DNA of 64,000 nucleotides from Haliotis cracherodii (GCF_022045235.1 NW_027266264.1:81158001-81222000); one strand, 5' to 3'. Counted from the stretch's first letter, positions 26,264-39,136 are shown. Made by a program: numbers and translations. Notes: generated by a model not told the origin, from the letters alone.

Positions 26264-26849
26264 GAGTCATCCTCGTTTCACATGCCAACATTGTGTTAAT
26301 ATTCTGTAACAACGCACTGGAAAACTTTCGTTGTAATAATTATATAGTCAATGCCGAGTGCTACGTCCTTGTTTATATTCGCACTGTCTGCAAAAGGAGA
26401 TCAATGTTTGTTACAAGTGTTGGAGATACGTACACTTTGGGTTAATGAACTTGACAAGTAGGAAATTTCTACATGTCTGTTGTCATAGTTTCCTGTTGAT
26501 TTCCTCGCACAATGTCACGGAAGGTTCAACTGGCGGTCGCCATATGTTAATGAAGATGACATGAATACGGCCGTGTGTTTGCACGCAATGCACACAATGT
26601 TATTTCTAGTGATTCATAATCGCATCACGCCCCCGCGTTGTCCTGACAGATCATGTTTCATCGCTAAAACAAAATCGTTTCCTCAGATGGTGGCTTCGAT
26701 TTAAACACGGTTGGACGAGAAATACGAGGTAATAATGTATCTGACATAGGGTAAATGGTAACATGGTCATGATGGAGTGCATGAAGTTATAATTAACAAA
26801 TTAGTTTCAGTTTATGTGTAACCTACCTTGTTGTCGGCTACTATTCTAG

Positions 26850-28038
26850 CTCAAGTGTAAACTGCGTTGTGTGTGACTACTGGCTCACGTGTAAACTGCG
26901 TTGTGTGTGACTACTGGCTCACGTGTAAACTACGTTGTGTGTGACTACTGGCTCACGTGTAAACTACGTTGTGTGTGACTACTGGCTCACGTGTAAACTA
27001 CGTTGTGAGTGGCTACTGGCTCACGTGTAAACTGCGTTGTGTGTGACTACTGGCTCAAGTGTAAACTGCGTTGTGTGTGACTACTGGCTCACGTGTAAAC
27101 TGCGTTGTGTGTGACTACTGGCTCACGTGTAAACTACGTTGTGTGTGACTACTGGCTCACGTGTAAACTACGTTGTGTGTGACTATACCGGCTCACGTGT
27201 AAAAAAAACGTTGTGTGTGGCTACTGGCTCACGTGTTAACTACGTTGTGTGTGACTACTGGCTCACGCTTAAACTCCGTTGTGTGTGACTACTGGCTCAC
27301 GTGTAAACAACGTTGTGTGTGATTATACTGGCTCACGTGTAAAGAACTCTGTGTGTGACTACTGGCTCACGTGTAAAGTACGTTGTGTGACTATACTGGC
27401 TCACATGTAAAGTACGCTGTGTGTGACTACTGGCTCACGTGTAAAGTACGTTGTGTGACTATCCTGGCTCACGTGTAAAGTACGTTGTGTGCGTCTGGCT
27501 CGCGTGTAAAGTACGTTGTGTGTGACTATACTGGCTCATGTGTAAAAAAACCGTTTTGTGTGACTTTACAGGCTCACGTGTAAACTACGTTGTGTATGAC
27601 TACTGACTCACGTGTAATCTACGTTATGTGTGACTATACTTGCTCACGTGTAAAGTACGTTGTGCGTGACTACTGGCTCACGTGTAAAGAACTCTGTGTG
27701 TGACTACTGGCTCACGTGTAAAGTACGTTGTGCGACTATACTGGCTCACGTGTAAACTACGTTGTGTACGTCTGGCTCACGTGTAAAAGACTACTGACTC
27801 ACATGTAAAGTACGTTGTGCGTGACTACTGGCTCACGTGTAAAGTACGTTAGGTGGGACTATACTGGCTCACGTGTAAAGTACGTTGTGTGTGACTTCTG
27901 GCTCACGTGTAAAGTACGTTGTGTGTGACTATACTGGCTCACGTGTAAAGCACGTTGTGTGTGACTATACTGGCTCACGTGTAAAGTACATTGTGTGTGA
28001 CTACGGGTTCACGTATAAACTACGCTGTGTGTGACTAC
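26850..28038. repeat. ~34-bp minisatellite carrying CACGTG in most units
   Basis: ACTACTGGCTCACGTGTAAACTACGTTGTGTGTG, roughly 34 units. Confidence 0.95.
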
Positions 28039-28039
28039 T

Positions 28040-28149
28040 AAATCGAACCGGGATTCGAACCCATAATCACAGGTTTCTCGCGTGCCCATGGGACACAACT
28101 CTGCACAACGAATTGCGGCGCCTTAGACGACGGGGCCACCTGTGCCCCC
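28040..28149 (-). mobile_element. SINE family C head only
   Basis: Reverse complement of the GGGGGCACAGGTGGCCCC..GGTTCGAATCCCGG head. Confidence 0.8.
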
Positions 28150-29036
28150 AGATGACAGGAATAACATTGGTAATTGATGATTGACACATTATCAAACTTC
28201 ATTACACTATTTGCGTTGGCCAAAGATCACATGACAATTTTTTCAGGGTGTTATTAAAAGGGTTAGCAAACATAGCCATGAAGAGATCCCACGGCTAAAG
28301 GTTAGGTCATCATAAGGATTGACAAGGTACTCTGCTTATAAGCATGGCGGCAAAAACAGCTTCATCAGCTGTTTTGTTTACTGTATGGATGCCAAGAAAG
28401 GCAGGTCCAACGCCAGTACATATCCGCCTATCATATTTTATACTACATTGCATAAATACTGGTAAAAGTTCTGCTCTTGAAGGCTTCGCTGAAAGATTAG
28501 AGGACTACTCCAGATGATTGATTGGTTGTACTCATGAAGCTGAAGTGATGAACAGCTCTTAACAAATCAGTACCCTCCAGAACAGCATGGTCGATAAGAA
28601 ATCCGACACTGCAATGCCCTACCACTATGGACACGAAGCAGGTGCGTGTGTATTCCATGTTGTCCGAGCGTGTCCCGCGATACGACCCACGCTGACCACA
28701 CCGCTGCCCCAAGCCAGCTGTGCCAGATGGATGGACCGTTAGATCGTGGCCACTGGTGCCATTACATGCCGGAAGTGGTGGAATGCGCGGTCGCGGTAGA
28801 AGATTACATTGATTTCTAAAAGCATGTATGTCAAGTTTAGCCGAAAGAACTGAGAACTGAATACCTGGTAAAAAGACCTTTCTTGCTGTAGTGCTTATTC
28901 AAAATGTGTGAACTGATGTGCATGCACTATCTGGTCCCCAAGGAACAACATGCATTCCTGCATGCTGGCATCCTCATTTCGCCTTCATCCATCGACCGCC
29001 AAACAAGGCTAGACTATGGCGCAGTGGATCCAAGCC

Positions 29037-29563
29037 TACGGTGGCCCATAAGGGACATGGAGTCTGTTTTTCAATATTTTGATATTTCACTTACTGTTAT
29101 CGTAACCTTTTGCAAATTAACACGATTTGTCATACAAATATGTGATAAATCATGTATAAAGAAGCTATTGAATCGCTGAAAAGTGAAGCGAAAATGTCAA
29201 AAACTAAAATGAAAATGTCAAAAACAAAAATGAAAAAGTCAAAAACTAAAAAGAAAATGTCAAAAACAAAAACGAAAATGTCAAAAACAAAAGCGATTTT
29301 TATTTACACATTTTCGCTTTTGTTTTTGACATTTTCGTTTTTGTTTTTGACATTTTCAATTTAGTTTATGACATTTTCGCTTCACATTTCAGTGATTCAA
29401 TAGCTACTTGAAAGTACATTTTGCATGTTTTCGGTTGTTTTTATACATGATTTATCACATATTTGTATGACAAATTGTGTTAATTTGCAAAAGGTTACGA
29501 TGAAAGTAAGTGAAATATCAAAATATTGAAAGACAGACTCCATGTCCCTTATGGGCCACCGTA
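29037..29563. mobile_element. Foldback non-autonomous DNA transposon (IS3EU-like: TACGG...CCGTA, 6-bp TSD)
   Basis: >120-bp TIRs, internal inverted 21-bp repeats (AAAATGTCAAAAACAAAAACG), perfect TSD CAAGCC (29031-29036, 29564-29569). Superfamily is inference. Confidence 0.88.
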
Positions 29564-30404
29564 CAAGCCAGTTCGTGCCAGTCTCATATCAGTTGTAAAC
29601 TGTAAAGGACAAACTATGACGTGGACCCTGCATCAACTTTATTAAGCAACACTTTTAGAAATTGTTTTGTGAGTTTTCAGATACGGTTCTTTTAATGAGA
29701 ACTAGACTTTGTTCATTTTACCACAGGCACCCTTTGGATTAATGACAATAATAAATATATAGGTAAAGCTAAATTGTGACACAAACGAGGATGTTCGAAG
29801 TTTTCCGTAACCTTTTTTAAAAAATATTTAAACATGAGCAAGTCTTTGACCCAAATTGATTTTCTTAGCAGATGTCGATAAAGGCAATACAAACGCGGTT
29901 AAAATCATTTTGGGTCACGCACATGCTCGTCAATAGATTTTCTATTGGGAACTGGGCTATATTAGCCATTCTTGTGTATTAGAACGCGCCAGATATAAAA
30001 GGGTAAGTTGCAAGAAAGACACAAACTAGATGCCAACCAATTGAACATGTCTGATTAATACCCTTACTTTCTTCCAACATTTTCCGTAGCTTACAATTTG
30101 CACATTTCTTCTCCTCGAGCTTTGATATAAACCATTTGAAAAAAGTTCAAATGATTTTATGATCACCATCACATCACGATAATCTCCGCCAAGTACAGAA
30201 TGTGTTTATCGTCATTGGTCGCGCATAGTGAAGCCAAGTACAAAGGTCGTCATTTATTGTAGTCAAAACCAGTATATTTAAAAAAACCTAAAATCTCATC
30301 AACTGTTATTTAAAACGTAAGATGTATATCTTGTAGATAGTTGTATTATTTATCTATTTGTACTTATAGATGTACTTGTAAATGTTGTGTCAGATACCAT
30401 CTAG

Positions 30405-30670
30405 GTTGGTTGGTTTGTTGTTTAACGCCGCACTCAGCAATATTCCAGCTATATGACGGCGGTCTGTAAAAAATCGAGTCTGGACCAGACAATCCAGTGA
30501 TTAATATCATGGGCATCGATCCACGCAATTTGGATCGATGACATGTATCAACCAAGTCAGCGAGCCTGACCACCCGATCCCGTTAGTCGCCTTTCACGAC
30601 AAGCATAGTCGATTTTTACGGCAAGCATGGGTTGCTGAAGACCTATTCTACCCCGGAACTTTCACGGGTC
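30405..30670 (-). mobile_element. Retroposon family A, full length
   Basis: Head GACCCGTGAAAG to tail AAACAACAAACCAACC; TSD AGATACYATCTAG (30392-30404, 30671-30683). Confidence 0.92.
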
Positions 30671-30718
30671 AGATACTATCTAGGGCAGTGCTGGGAAGCA
30701 GAGGTCGTATACCCGTAT

Positions 30719-30791
30719 CAATCTCATTAAATCAGATCTTAGTTCTCGGTTTAGCGACAGCGAGAACTAAGATCTGATTTTAATAAGATTG
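30719..30791. mobile_element. 73-bp minimal derivative of the AcademH-like MITE
   Basis: Same TIRs as 3277-3735 with no interior; 10-bp TSD ATACC(C/G)GTAT. Confidence 0.85.
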
Positions 30792-31241
30792 ATACCGGTA
30801 TTGGGTTGTCATGGGAACAGAGAACCAACTATATAAACTATTTTTTTGTTTTCTTACAGTACCTGCGATCAGTGAAGAGTCGTGTTCGGGTTTAGCTTAA
30901 TGGGCTGGGACAGGCTCGCAGTCACTCACTTACTTCAGATAGTTGTTCCCCCTAGATTAAGCTGGGACACGCAGATAATCGCAGTGTCCGAACGATCGCA
31001 TCCGAAAGTTGTAGAGATATGACAATCAGTATTAGGAGAAAATATACAGATAATCGACGTGAGGATTGTGAGAAAATGCAGGAAATACCAATTCCAAACC
31101 CACCTGTTCATAAAATTGACTTGTCCGACATTGCCTTGGTTAGATGCTATTCAGGGAGTCATCATTCTTATGCGGGTTAATATTTTTAAAGCTAGTACAT
31201 GTCCTCCTTAAAGAGGCAGCACATTATGTTCATATCTCATA

Positions 31242-31716
31242 TAATAAATAAACGACTCATGGTCGTTGTTTATCGTACAATAATTAAATTTTTGTTGTGT
31301 TCATTGAAATTCCTGCATTCTGATTAGCTGAATTAGTCACGTGCTATTGCATTCATTTCCCAATGAATTTAAAATTAAGCCACGCCCACCGAGGCGCACA
31401 GCTTTTGTTACTACGGAATGTCGAGGAATCCCAATATTACGGTCAGGGGAATTCCCTCAGTCATGTATCGTCAGGCACAGGACATTTAGCTACATTCATG
31501 AATATTCATTGTCCAAACTACCCTTTGAAACCGAAGGCCGAGAATGAATGAAACAGCAAACGTCCAGACTCGCTATACGCAGTCTCATACAGTTTGCACA
31601 TCGGTTTTTCGATTCATGCCTCAATGAACCGAAAACAATACACAGTCAATCCTTAAATAAAACTCTGCGGTGTTCTATTGTACGATAAACAACGACCACG
31701 AGTCGTTTATTTCTTA
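31242..31716. mobile_element. MITE / palindromic non-autonomous element with 41-bp TIRs
   Basis: TAA(T/G)AAATAAACGACTC(A/G)TGGTCGTTGTTTATCGTACAATA inverted at both ends, 2 mismatches. Confidence 0.8.
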
Positions 31717-32326
31717 GTCAAAAACATGAATTTGCATTTCACGAGGACCGTTATTTTGAATGAGGGTTACATGGCGCCCACTATGTTCACAGTTCATCCA
31801 GACCTGGTCCAATGGCTATAAGGTGTTCCATTACTAAGTCTGCCGACCGATCACTCTCAGACAATCCGCTGCTAGTATTGTACAGTTTTGCCAGACAGGC
31901 TGACTTTCTGACTCAACCCTTGCTTGAAGATTCAGTTAGTCAGGGGTAGGAGTCAGAGATTGTGCAATTATCTTTGAATGGTGCCCATTCAGGTCTATGA
32001 CAACCAGAGTGATACATTGATTTAACACAGATCATATTGCAATGACAAGATCTAACGTAACCGCCACTGTCGATGTCATCGTGTAGCGTTATTTACCGTA
32101 TTTAGCTTATGGTCTCTTGTGTATTCTAGTATATCATATTGACTCCATTAATAAATCATCTTTATTACGTCAATTAATATATACAGTGGTGTAATATTAT
32201 GTTATTGAAATAACAACATAACATTTCATCATTTGTCTGATCAATATCTTATCATAACACATTAATTGACAAAACCCATTCCTGGTAATAGGGACACAGA
32301 GACACACCCTGGGATGAGGGGTAAGA

Positions 32327-32508
32327 GTGAGTTAGTGAGTGAGTGAGTGAGTGAGTATGGTTTTACGCCGCTTTTAGCAATATTCCAGCAATATCACGGC
32401 GGGGGACACCAGAAATGGGCTTCACACATTGTACCCATGTCGGGAATCGAACCCGGGTCTTCGGCGGGGCGTGCGAACGCTTCAACCACTAGGCTACCCG
32501 ACCGCCCC
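32327..32508 (-). mobile_element. SINE family B, full length
   Basis: A/B boxes, (ACTC)n tail, perfect 12-bp TSD TGAGGGGTAAGA. Confidence 0.93.
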
Positions 32509-32559
32509 TGAGGGGTAAGAACTGAATTAACAATGTCATGATCGGGTGTGACCATCATT

Positions 32560-33600
32560 TACATTGATACAGACGAGGCACTGTAGATGATTGAAAGCAG
32601 CATGGGGGATGTTGTTCCAAATGGCAAGGAAAGGTTGGACCAACTGAGCTAGCATTACCAACTGGTTCTGGTCCTGTCGTAGGCGTCAATCCATCTCATC
32701 CCAGACATGTTCTGTGGGAGAGAGGTCTGGAGAAACAGGTAGTCTGATACAACACGTGCAACATGTGGGCAGGCATTACCCTGCTGCAACGTGTCGTTAT
32801 GTCCCTGCAATTACACAAAGGGTAGATAGAACATGATCTCGAACGATGTCGTCCCGGTAGCGTACGCCATACAAATTGCCATTTACAATTATGAGTTCTG
32901 TTCTTTCATAAGTTGCGATGCCACCCCATACCTCACTATAGGTCTTCAGCAACCCATGCTTGCCGTAAAAGGCGACTATGCTTGTCGTAAAATGCGACTA
33001 ACGGGATCGGGTGGTCAGGCTCGCAGACTTGGTTGATGCATGTCATCGATCCCAATTGCGTGGATCGATGCTCATGATATCAGTCACTGGATTGTCTGGT
33101 CCAGACTCGATATTTACAGACCGCCGTCATATAGCTGGAATATTGCTGAGTGCGGCGTTTAACAACAAACCAACCAACCAAACCAACCATACCTCACTGC
33201 AGCCCCTAAACGGAAGCGTCGCTAGAACGTTCTCCTAGACGTCGGTAAACCCTGCACGACCACCAGCACTGCCCAGATGAAACCTGGGCTCATCTGTGAA
33301 CAGAATACTATCCGAGTCTTGTTTTCTGAACTTCATATGCCGTCTTCGCCAAGCTTGGCGTGCCTGACGGTGACAAGGAAGCAAAATTTGGAATATCGCT
33401 GGATGTCGGGGCTAGGTGTTGTGTTCCCTCAACCGGTTGCGTACGGTTCTGTGACTTATTGGTGTCAACTCAGGAATTCTCTGAGCTGTTAATTTGGCAG
33501 TTTGGTATCGATTCCGGAGAAACAGCAACCGAATATGGTTGTCTTATTGACGTGACGTCACAGTTGACGACCAGCCCATAATAAGTCACGAGTGTTGCCC
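32560..33600 (-). pseudogene. Decayed Tc1/mariner transposase, interrupted by a retroposon
   Basis: Ordered degenerate Tc1 motifs on -: ILFTDEPRF (~33279-33306), VWGGI (~32915-32930), QQGNACPH (~32764-32787), SPDLSPTEHVWDE (~32696-32733); stops and frameshifts; ends approximate. Confidence 0.85.
32938..33186 (+). mobile_element. Retroposon family A, 5'-truncated, inserted in Tc1 relic
   Basis: Perfect TSD CCATACCTCACT (32926-32937, 33187-33198). Confidence 0.93.
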
Positions 33601-34018
33601 TGCTGTGGATAACGTCTTCAAAGAGATGATATCGTGTTCCGATGAACATTAAAATGTCTGGCAACTTCATTTTGCGCATTTCCTCTTTGCAGCATGCCCA
33701 CGGCGCGTAGACGTTGATTTTCAGCAAGCCGTGGCATTGCGTAAGCGTTATTTACGGTTAAAGAAAAGTGGTTTTATAAGCACCGGATGGATAAACAATC
33801 ATTTTATGCTGGTCACATTAAAAAAGCCTACATCAACAAACACGCATCCATCCAAATTGTAAGCTGTGCATTAACATGCACGTGCAAATTGTGAATCACG
33901 ACCTTAAAGTCAAGGTGATGTCTTAGTGAAAATGTATTGAAAAGTACATTATTATATTTTAAAATATTTCTACTTTCATTTAAGTTTCTGTTTTTTTCCG
34001 TTAGTATACATACTTGTT

Positions 34019-35030
34019 TATATAGCACCCTGACTCTGGTGTATATAGCACCCTGACTCTGGTGTATATAGCACCTGACTCCAGTGTATATAGCGCCCTG
34101 ACTCTGGTGTATATAGCACCCTGACTCTGGTGTATATAGCACAGCGACTCTAGTGTATGTAGCACGATGGCTCCGCTGTATATAGCACCCTGACTCTGGT
34201 GTATATAGCACCCTGACTCTAATGTATATAGCACCCTGACTCTGGTGTATATAGCACCCTGAATCTGGTGTATATAGCACCCTGACTCTAATGTATATAG
34301 CACCCTGACTCTGGTGTCTATAGCACCCTGAATCTGGTGTATATAGCACCCTGACTCTGGTGTATATAGCACCCTGACTCCAGTGTATATAGCGCACTGA
34401 CTCTAGCGTATTTAGCACCCTGACTCTAGTGTATATAGCACCCTGACTCTGGTGTATATAGCACCCTGCCTCCAGTGTATATAGCGCCCTGACTCTAGCG
34501 TATATAGCACAGCGACTCTAGTGTATGTAGCACGATGGCTCCGCTGTATATAGCACCCTGACTCTGGGGTCTATAGCACCCTGACTCTGGTGTATATAAC
34601 ACCCTGACTCTGGTGTATATAGCACCCTGACTCCAGTGTATATAGCGCACTGACTCTAGTGTATATAACACCCTGACTCTGGTGTATATAGCACCCTGCC
34701 TCCAGTGTATATAGCGCCCTGACTCTAGCGTATATAGCACAGCGACTCTAGTGTATGTAGCACGATGGCTCCGCTGTATATAGCACCCTGACTCTAGGAC
34801 ATATAGCGCTCTTACGCTTGTGTATATTGCGTACTTGTATAGCTATTGTATATATTACGTATTGGTTCTATTGTGTAAAGCATATTGAAGCCATTGAGTA
34901 TAGCACACTGACTCTTGTGTAAAAAGCGCGTTATCTCTATTGTATATAACATGCTGGCTCCAGTGTCTATAACATATTGGCTATAAGGTACACAGCGTAT
35001 TGGCTCTAGTGTATATAGCATATTGGCTCT
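34019..35030. repeat. 23-bp minisatellite, degenerate after ~34810
   Basis: GTATATAGCACCCTGACTCTGGT with recurring variant units. Confidence 0.93.
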
Positions 35031-35551
35031 AGAATAAATAGTTTTTTCTATTTAACTTACATGCGCAGGGTATTACCGTAGATATATCAGGGACGGGAGG
35101 AATACTGTAATAATCACAATCGACGCATTTTCATAACTTGTAGATAGAAGGCAACATACCACACATGTGCAGACACGAGACAAAATGCCTTTCCTTTTAA
35201 TTTGTGGCAGTACTCCCTCTGCATCGGGCATGTTATATAACGACGCTATCAGACTACTTGCGTTGCACCAACATGAGGCTCATTCATTGATTGCAATATA
35301 AAACAAACCCCACCAAGGTCACAATGGAACCAGAAACAAATCTCCAGCGAGTTTTATCTCGGGACTTTATTTTTCTGATCAGTAATCTAGACGATTTTAA
35401 CCCCCTATCAACGAGAGCCCACATCACCGACGGGTGTCCCTAACTACGCTGTGAGTTGTAGTCTAATATCAGGGGAATCATGAATCAATGAGTCTCGCCG
35501 TGATCAATTCTCTCCCTGACGTGATTAAAAGTACTTGAAGTCAACCAACAC

Positions 35552-37398
35552 TGTGTCGGCACAACCATGTGGTTCATCCTCTGTACAGAAGGTGTGTCGG
35601 CACAACCATGTGGTTCATCCTCTGTACAGAAGGTGTGTCGATACAACCATGTGGTTCATCCTCTAGTACAGAAGGTGTGTCGATACAACCATGTGGTTCA
35701 TCCTCTGTACAGAAGGTGTGTCGGCACAACCATGTGGTTCATCCTCTGTACAGAAGGTGTGTCGGCACAACCATGTGGTTCATCCTCTGTACAGAAGGTG
35801 TGTCGATACAACCATGTGGTTCATCCTCTGTACAGAAGGTGTGTCGATACAACCATGTGGTTCATCCTCTGTACAGAAGGTGTATCGATACAACCATGTG
35901 GTTCATCCTCTGTAAAGAAGGTGTGTCGATACAGTCATGTGGTTCATCCTCTGTACAGAAGGTGTGTCGATACAGTCATGTGGTTCATCCTCTGTACAGA
36001 AGGTGTGTCGATACAACCATGCGGTTCATCCTCTGTACAGAAGGTGTGTCGATACAGTCATGTGGTTCATCCTCTGTACAGAAGGTGTGTCGATACAACC
36101 ATGTGGTTCATCATCTGTACAGAAGGTATGTCGATACAGTCATGTGGTTCATCCTCTGTAAAGAAGGTGTGTCGATACAACCATGTGGTTCATCCTCTGT
36201 ACAGAAGGTGTGTCGATACATTCATGTGGTTCATCCTCTGTACAAAAGGTGTGTCGATACAACCATGTGGTTCATCCTCTGTACAGAAGGTGTGTCGATA
36301 CATTCATGTGGTTCATCCTCTGTACAGAAGGTGTGTCGATACAACCATGTGGTTCATCCTCTGTACAGAAGGTGTGTCGATACAACCATGTGGTTCATCC
36401 TCTGTACAGAAGGTGTGTCGATACAACCATGTGGTTCATCCTCTGTACAGAAGGTGTGTCGATACAACCATGTGGTTCATCCTCTGTACAGAAGGTGTGT
36501 CGATACAGTCATGTGGTTCATCCTCTGTACAGAAGGTGTGTCGATACAACCATGTGGTTCATCCTCTGTACAGAAGGTGTGTCGATACATTCATGTGGTT
36601 CATCCTCTGTACAAAAGGTGTGTCGATACAACCATGTGGTTCATCCTCTGTACAGAAGGTGTGTCGATACATTCATGTGGTTCATCCTCTGTACAAAAGG
36701 TGTGTCGATACAGTCATGTGGTTCATCCTCTGTACAGAAGGTGTGTCGATACAACCATGTGGTTCATCCTCTGTACAGAAGGTGTGTCGATACAGTCATG
36801 TGGTTCATCCTCTGTACAGAAGGTGTGTCGATACAGTCATGTGGTTCATCCTCTGTAAAGAAGGTGTGTCGATACTGGCATGTGGTTCATCCTCTGTACA
36901 GAAGGTGTGTCGATACAACCATGTGGTTCATCCTCTGTACAGAAGGTGTGTCGGCACAACCATGTGGTTCATCCTCTGTACAAAAGGTGTGTCGATACAA
37001 CCATGTGGTTCATCCTCTGTACAGAAGGTGTGTCGATACAGTCATGTGGTTCATCCTCTGTACAGAAGGTGTGTCGGCACAACCATGTGGTTCATCCTCT
37101 GTACAGAAGGTGTGTCGATACAACCATGTGGTTCATCCTCTGTACAGAAGGTGTGTCGATACAACCATGTGGTTCATCCTCTGTACAGAAGGTGTGTCGA
37201 TACAGTCATGTGGTTCATCCTCTGTACAGAAGGTGTGTCGATACAGTCATGTGGTTCATCCTCTGTACAGAAGGTGTGTCGATACAACCATGTGGTTCAT
37301 CCTCTGTACAGAAGGTGTGTCGATACAGTCACGTGACTGCCTTCATCCTCTGTACAGAAGGTGTGTCGATACAGTCACGTGACTGCCTTCATCCTCTG
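35552..37398. repeat. 41-bp minisatellite, ~45 copies
   Basis: GTGTGTCGATACAACCATGTGGTTCATCCTCTGTACAGAAG. Confidence 0.97.
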
Positions 37399-37849
37399 TG
37401 GCCATCTTGGCTTTCGTTTTAGCTGACAATATTCTCTACGGGATGTCTCAGTTTTCTGCGAACATTATTTGTCGTAAATGCAGCCTTTTCTTTAAAAGAA
37501 TTATCGTCCTTTCCTTGTTTGCTCATTCAACATTTCAACATCCTTCATCGTGGGGTCATTATCACAGAGACTGTCGGGCTGCAGCGTGTCATTAGCCGCT
37601 GTTCACGACACATGCTGCGTGTAAGATTCTGTCTGGCCGGAAGCGAGGACATAATAAAATATGAGGAGGATGTCCAGGTACCACTCAGTGCTTCACACTG
37701 CCTGACACTGCTATAATTCATATGAGATATCTTATAGTGGCAGCATGCAGGTACGGACAGAATACGTCGTTTTGAGTATTTCGTTCAGGACTGAGATGAA
37801 CTTCAGATCATTTGAAACTCACTCAAAGCCTTGGAACATGTCATGCTGT

Positions 37850-39136
37850 TGTGGACTTGGTTTGGGTGTCGGCTGGGCTTGGTGGAAGGGGGTTACAGTA
37901 GATGGTGGACTTGGTTTGGGTGTCGGCTGGGCTTGGTGGAAGGGGGTTACAGTGGACTGTGGACTTGGTTCGGGTGTCAGCTTTACTTGGTGGAAGGGGG
38001 TTACAGTGGACTGTGGACTTGGTTTGGGTGTCGGCTGGGCTTGGTGGAAGGGGGTACAGTTGACTGTGGACTTGGTTTGGTTGTCGGCTGGGCTTGGTGG
38101 AAGTGGGTACAGTGGACTGCGGACTTGGTTTTGGTTGTCGGCTGGGCTTGGTGGAAGTGGGTACAGTAGATTGTGGACATGGTTTGGTTGTCGGCTGGGC
38201 TTCGTGGGTCTGGGTACAGTGGGCTGTGGACTTGGTTTAGGCGTCGGCTGAGCTTGGTGGAAGTTGGTATAGTGGGCTGTGGACTGAGGACTTGGTTTTG
38301 GTTGTCGGCTGGGCTTGGTGGAAGTGGGTACAGTAGATGGTGGACTTGGTTTGGTTGTCGGCTGGGCTTCGTGGGTCTGGGTACAGTGGGCTGTGGACTT
38401 GGTTTGGGCGTCGGCTGGGCTTGGGGAAGGGGGTACCGAAGATTGTGGACTTGGTTTTGGTTGTCGGCGGGGCTTCGTGGGTCTGGATACAGTGGACTGT
38501 GGACTTGGTTTGGTTGTCGGCTTGGCTTGGTTGAAGTGGGTACAGTAGATTGTGGACTTGGTTTTGGTTGTCGGCAGGGCTTCGTGGGTCTGGATACAGT
38601 GGACTGTGGACTTGGTTTGGGCATCGGCTGGGCTTGGGGAAGGGGGTACAGTAGATTGTGGACTTGGTTTTTGTTGTCCGCTGGGCTTGGTGGAAGTGGG
38701 TACAGTAGATTGTGGACATGGTTTGGTTGTCGGCTGGGCTTCGTGGGTCTGGGTACAGTGGGCTGTGGACTTGGTTTAGGCGTCGGCTGAGCTTGGTGGA
38801 AGTTGGTATAGTGGGCTGTGGACTGAGGACTTGGTTTTGGTTGTCGGCTGGGCTTGGTGGAAGTGGGTACAGTAGATGGTGGACTTGGTTTGGTTGTCGG
38901 CTGGGCTTCGTGGGTCTGGGTACAGTGGGCTGTGGACTTGGTTTGGGCGTCGGCTGGGCTTGGGGAAGGGGGTACCGAAGATTGTGGACTTGGTTTTGGT
39001 TGTCGGCGGGGCTTCGTGGGTCTGGGTACAGTGGGCTGTTGACTTGGTTTGGTTGTCGGCTGGGCTTGGTGGAAGTGAGTGCAGTAGACTGTGGACTTGG
39101 TTTGGTTGTCGGCTGGGCTTGGGGAAGGGGGTACAG
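37850..39136. repeat. G-rich ~53-54-bp minisatellite with a 539-bp higher-order duplication
   Basis: GTGGACTTGGTTTGGTTGTCGGCTGGGCTTGGTGGAAGTGGGTACAGTAGATT; block starting 38173 recurs at 38712. Confidence 0.95.

Noticed and set aside
29152-29364. Lys-rich ORF (MSKTKMK)n
   Set aside because: Internal 21-bp repeats of the foldback transposon.
32327-32508. Functional tRNA genes at the A/B-box elements (also 24944, 50690, 58323)
   Set aside because: No canonical cloverleaf. Most continue into SINE bodies with tails and TSDs.
35567-37422. Long ORFs of 180-589 aa
   Set aside because: Translations of the 41-bp minisatellite, open in all three frames because the unit mostly lacks stops.
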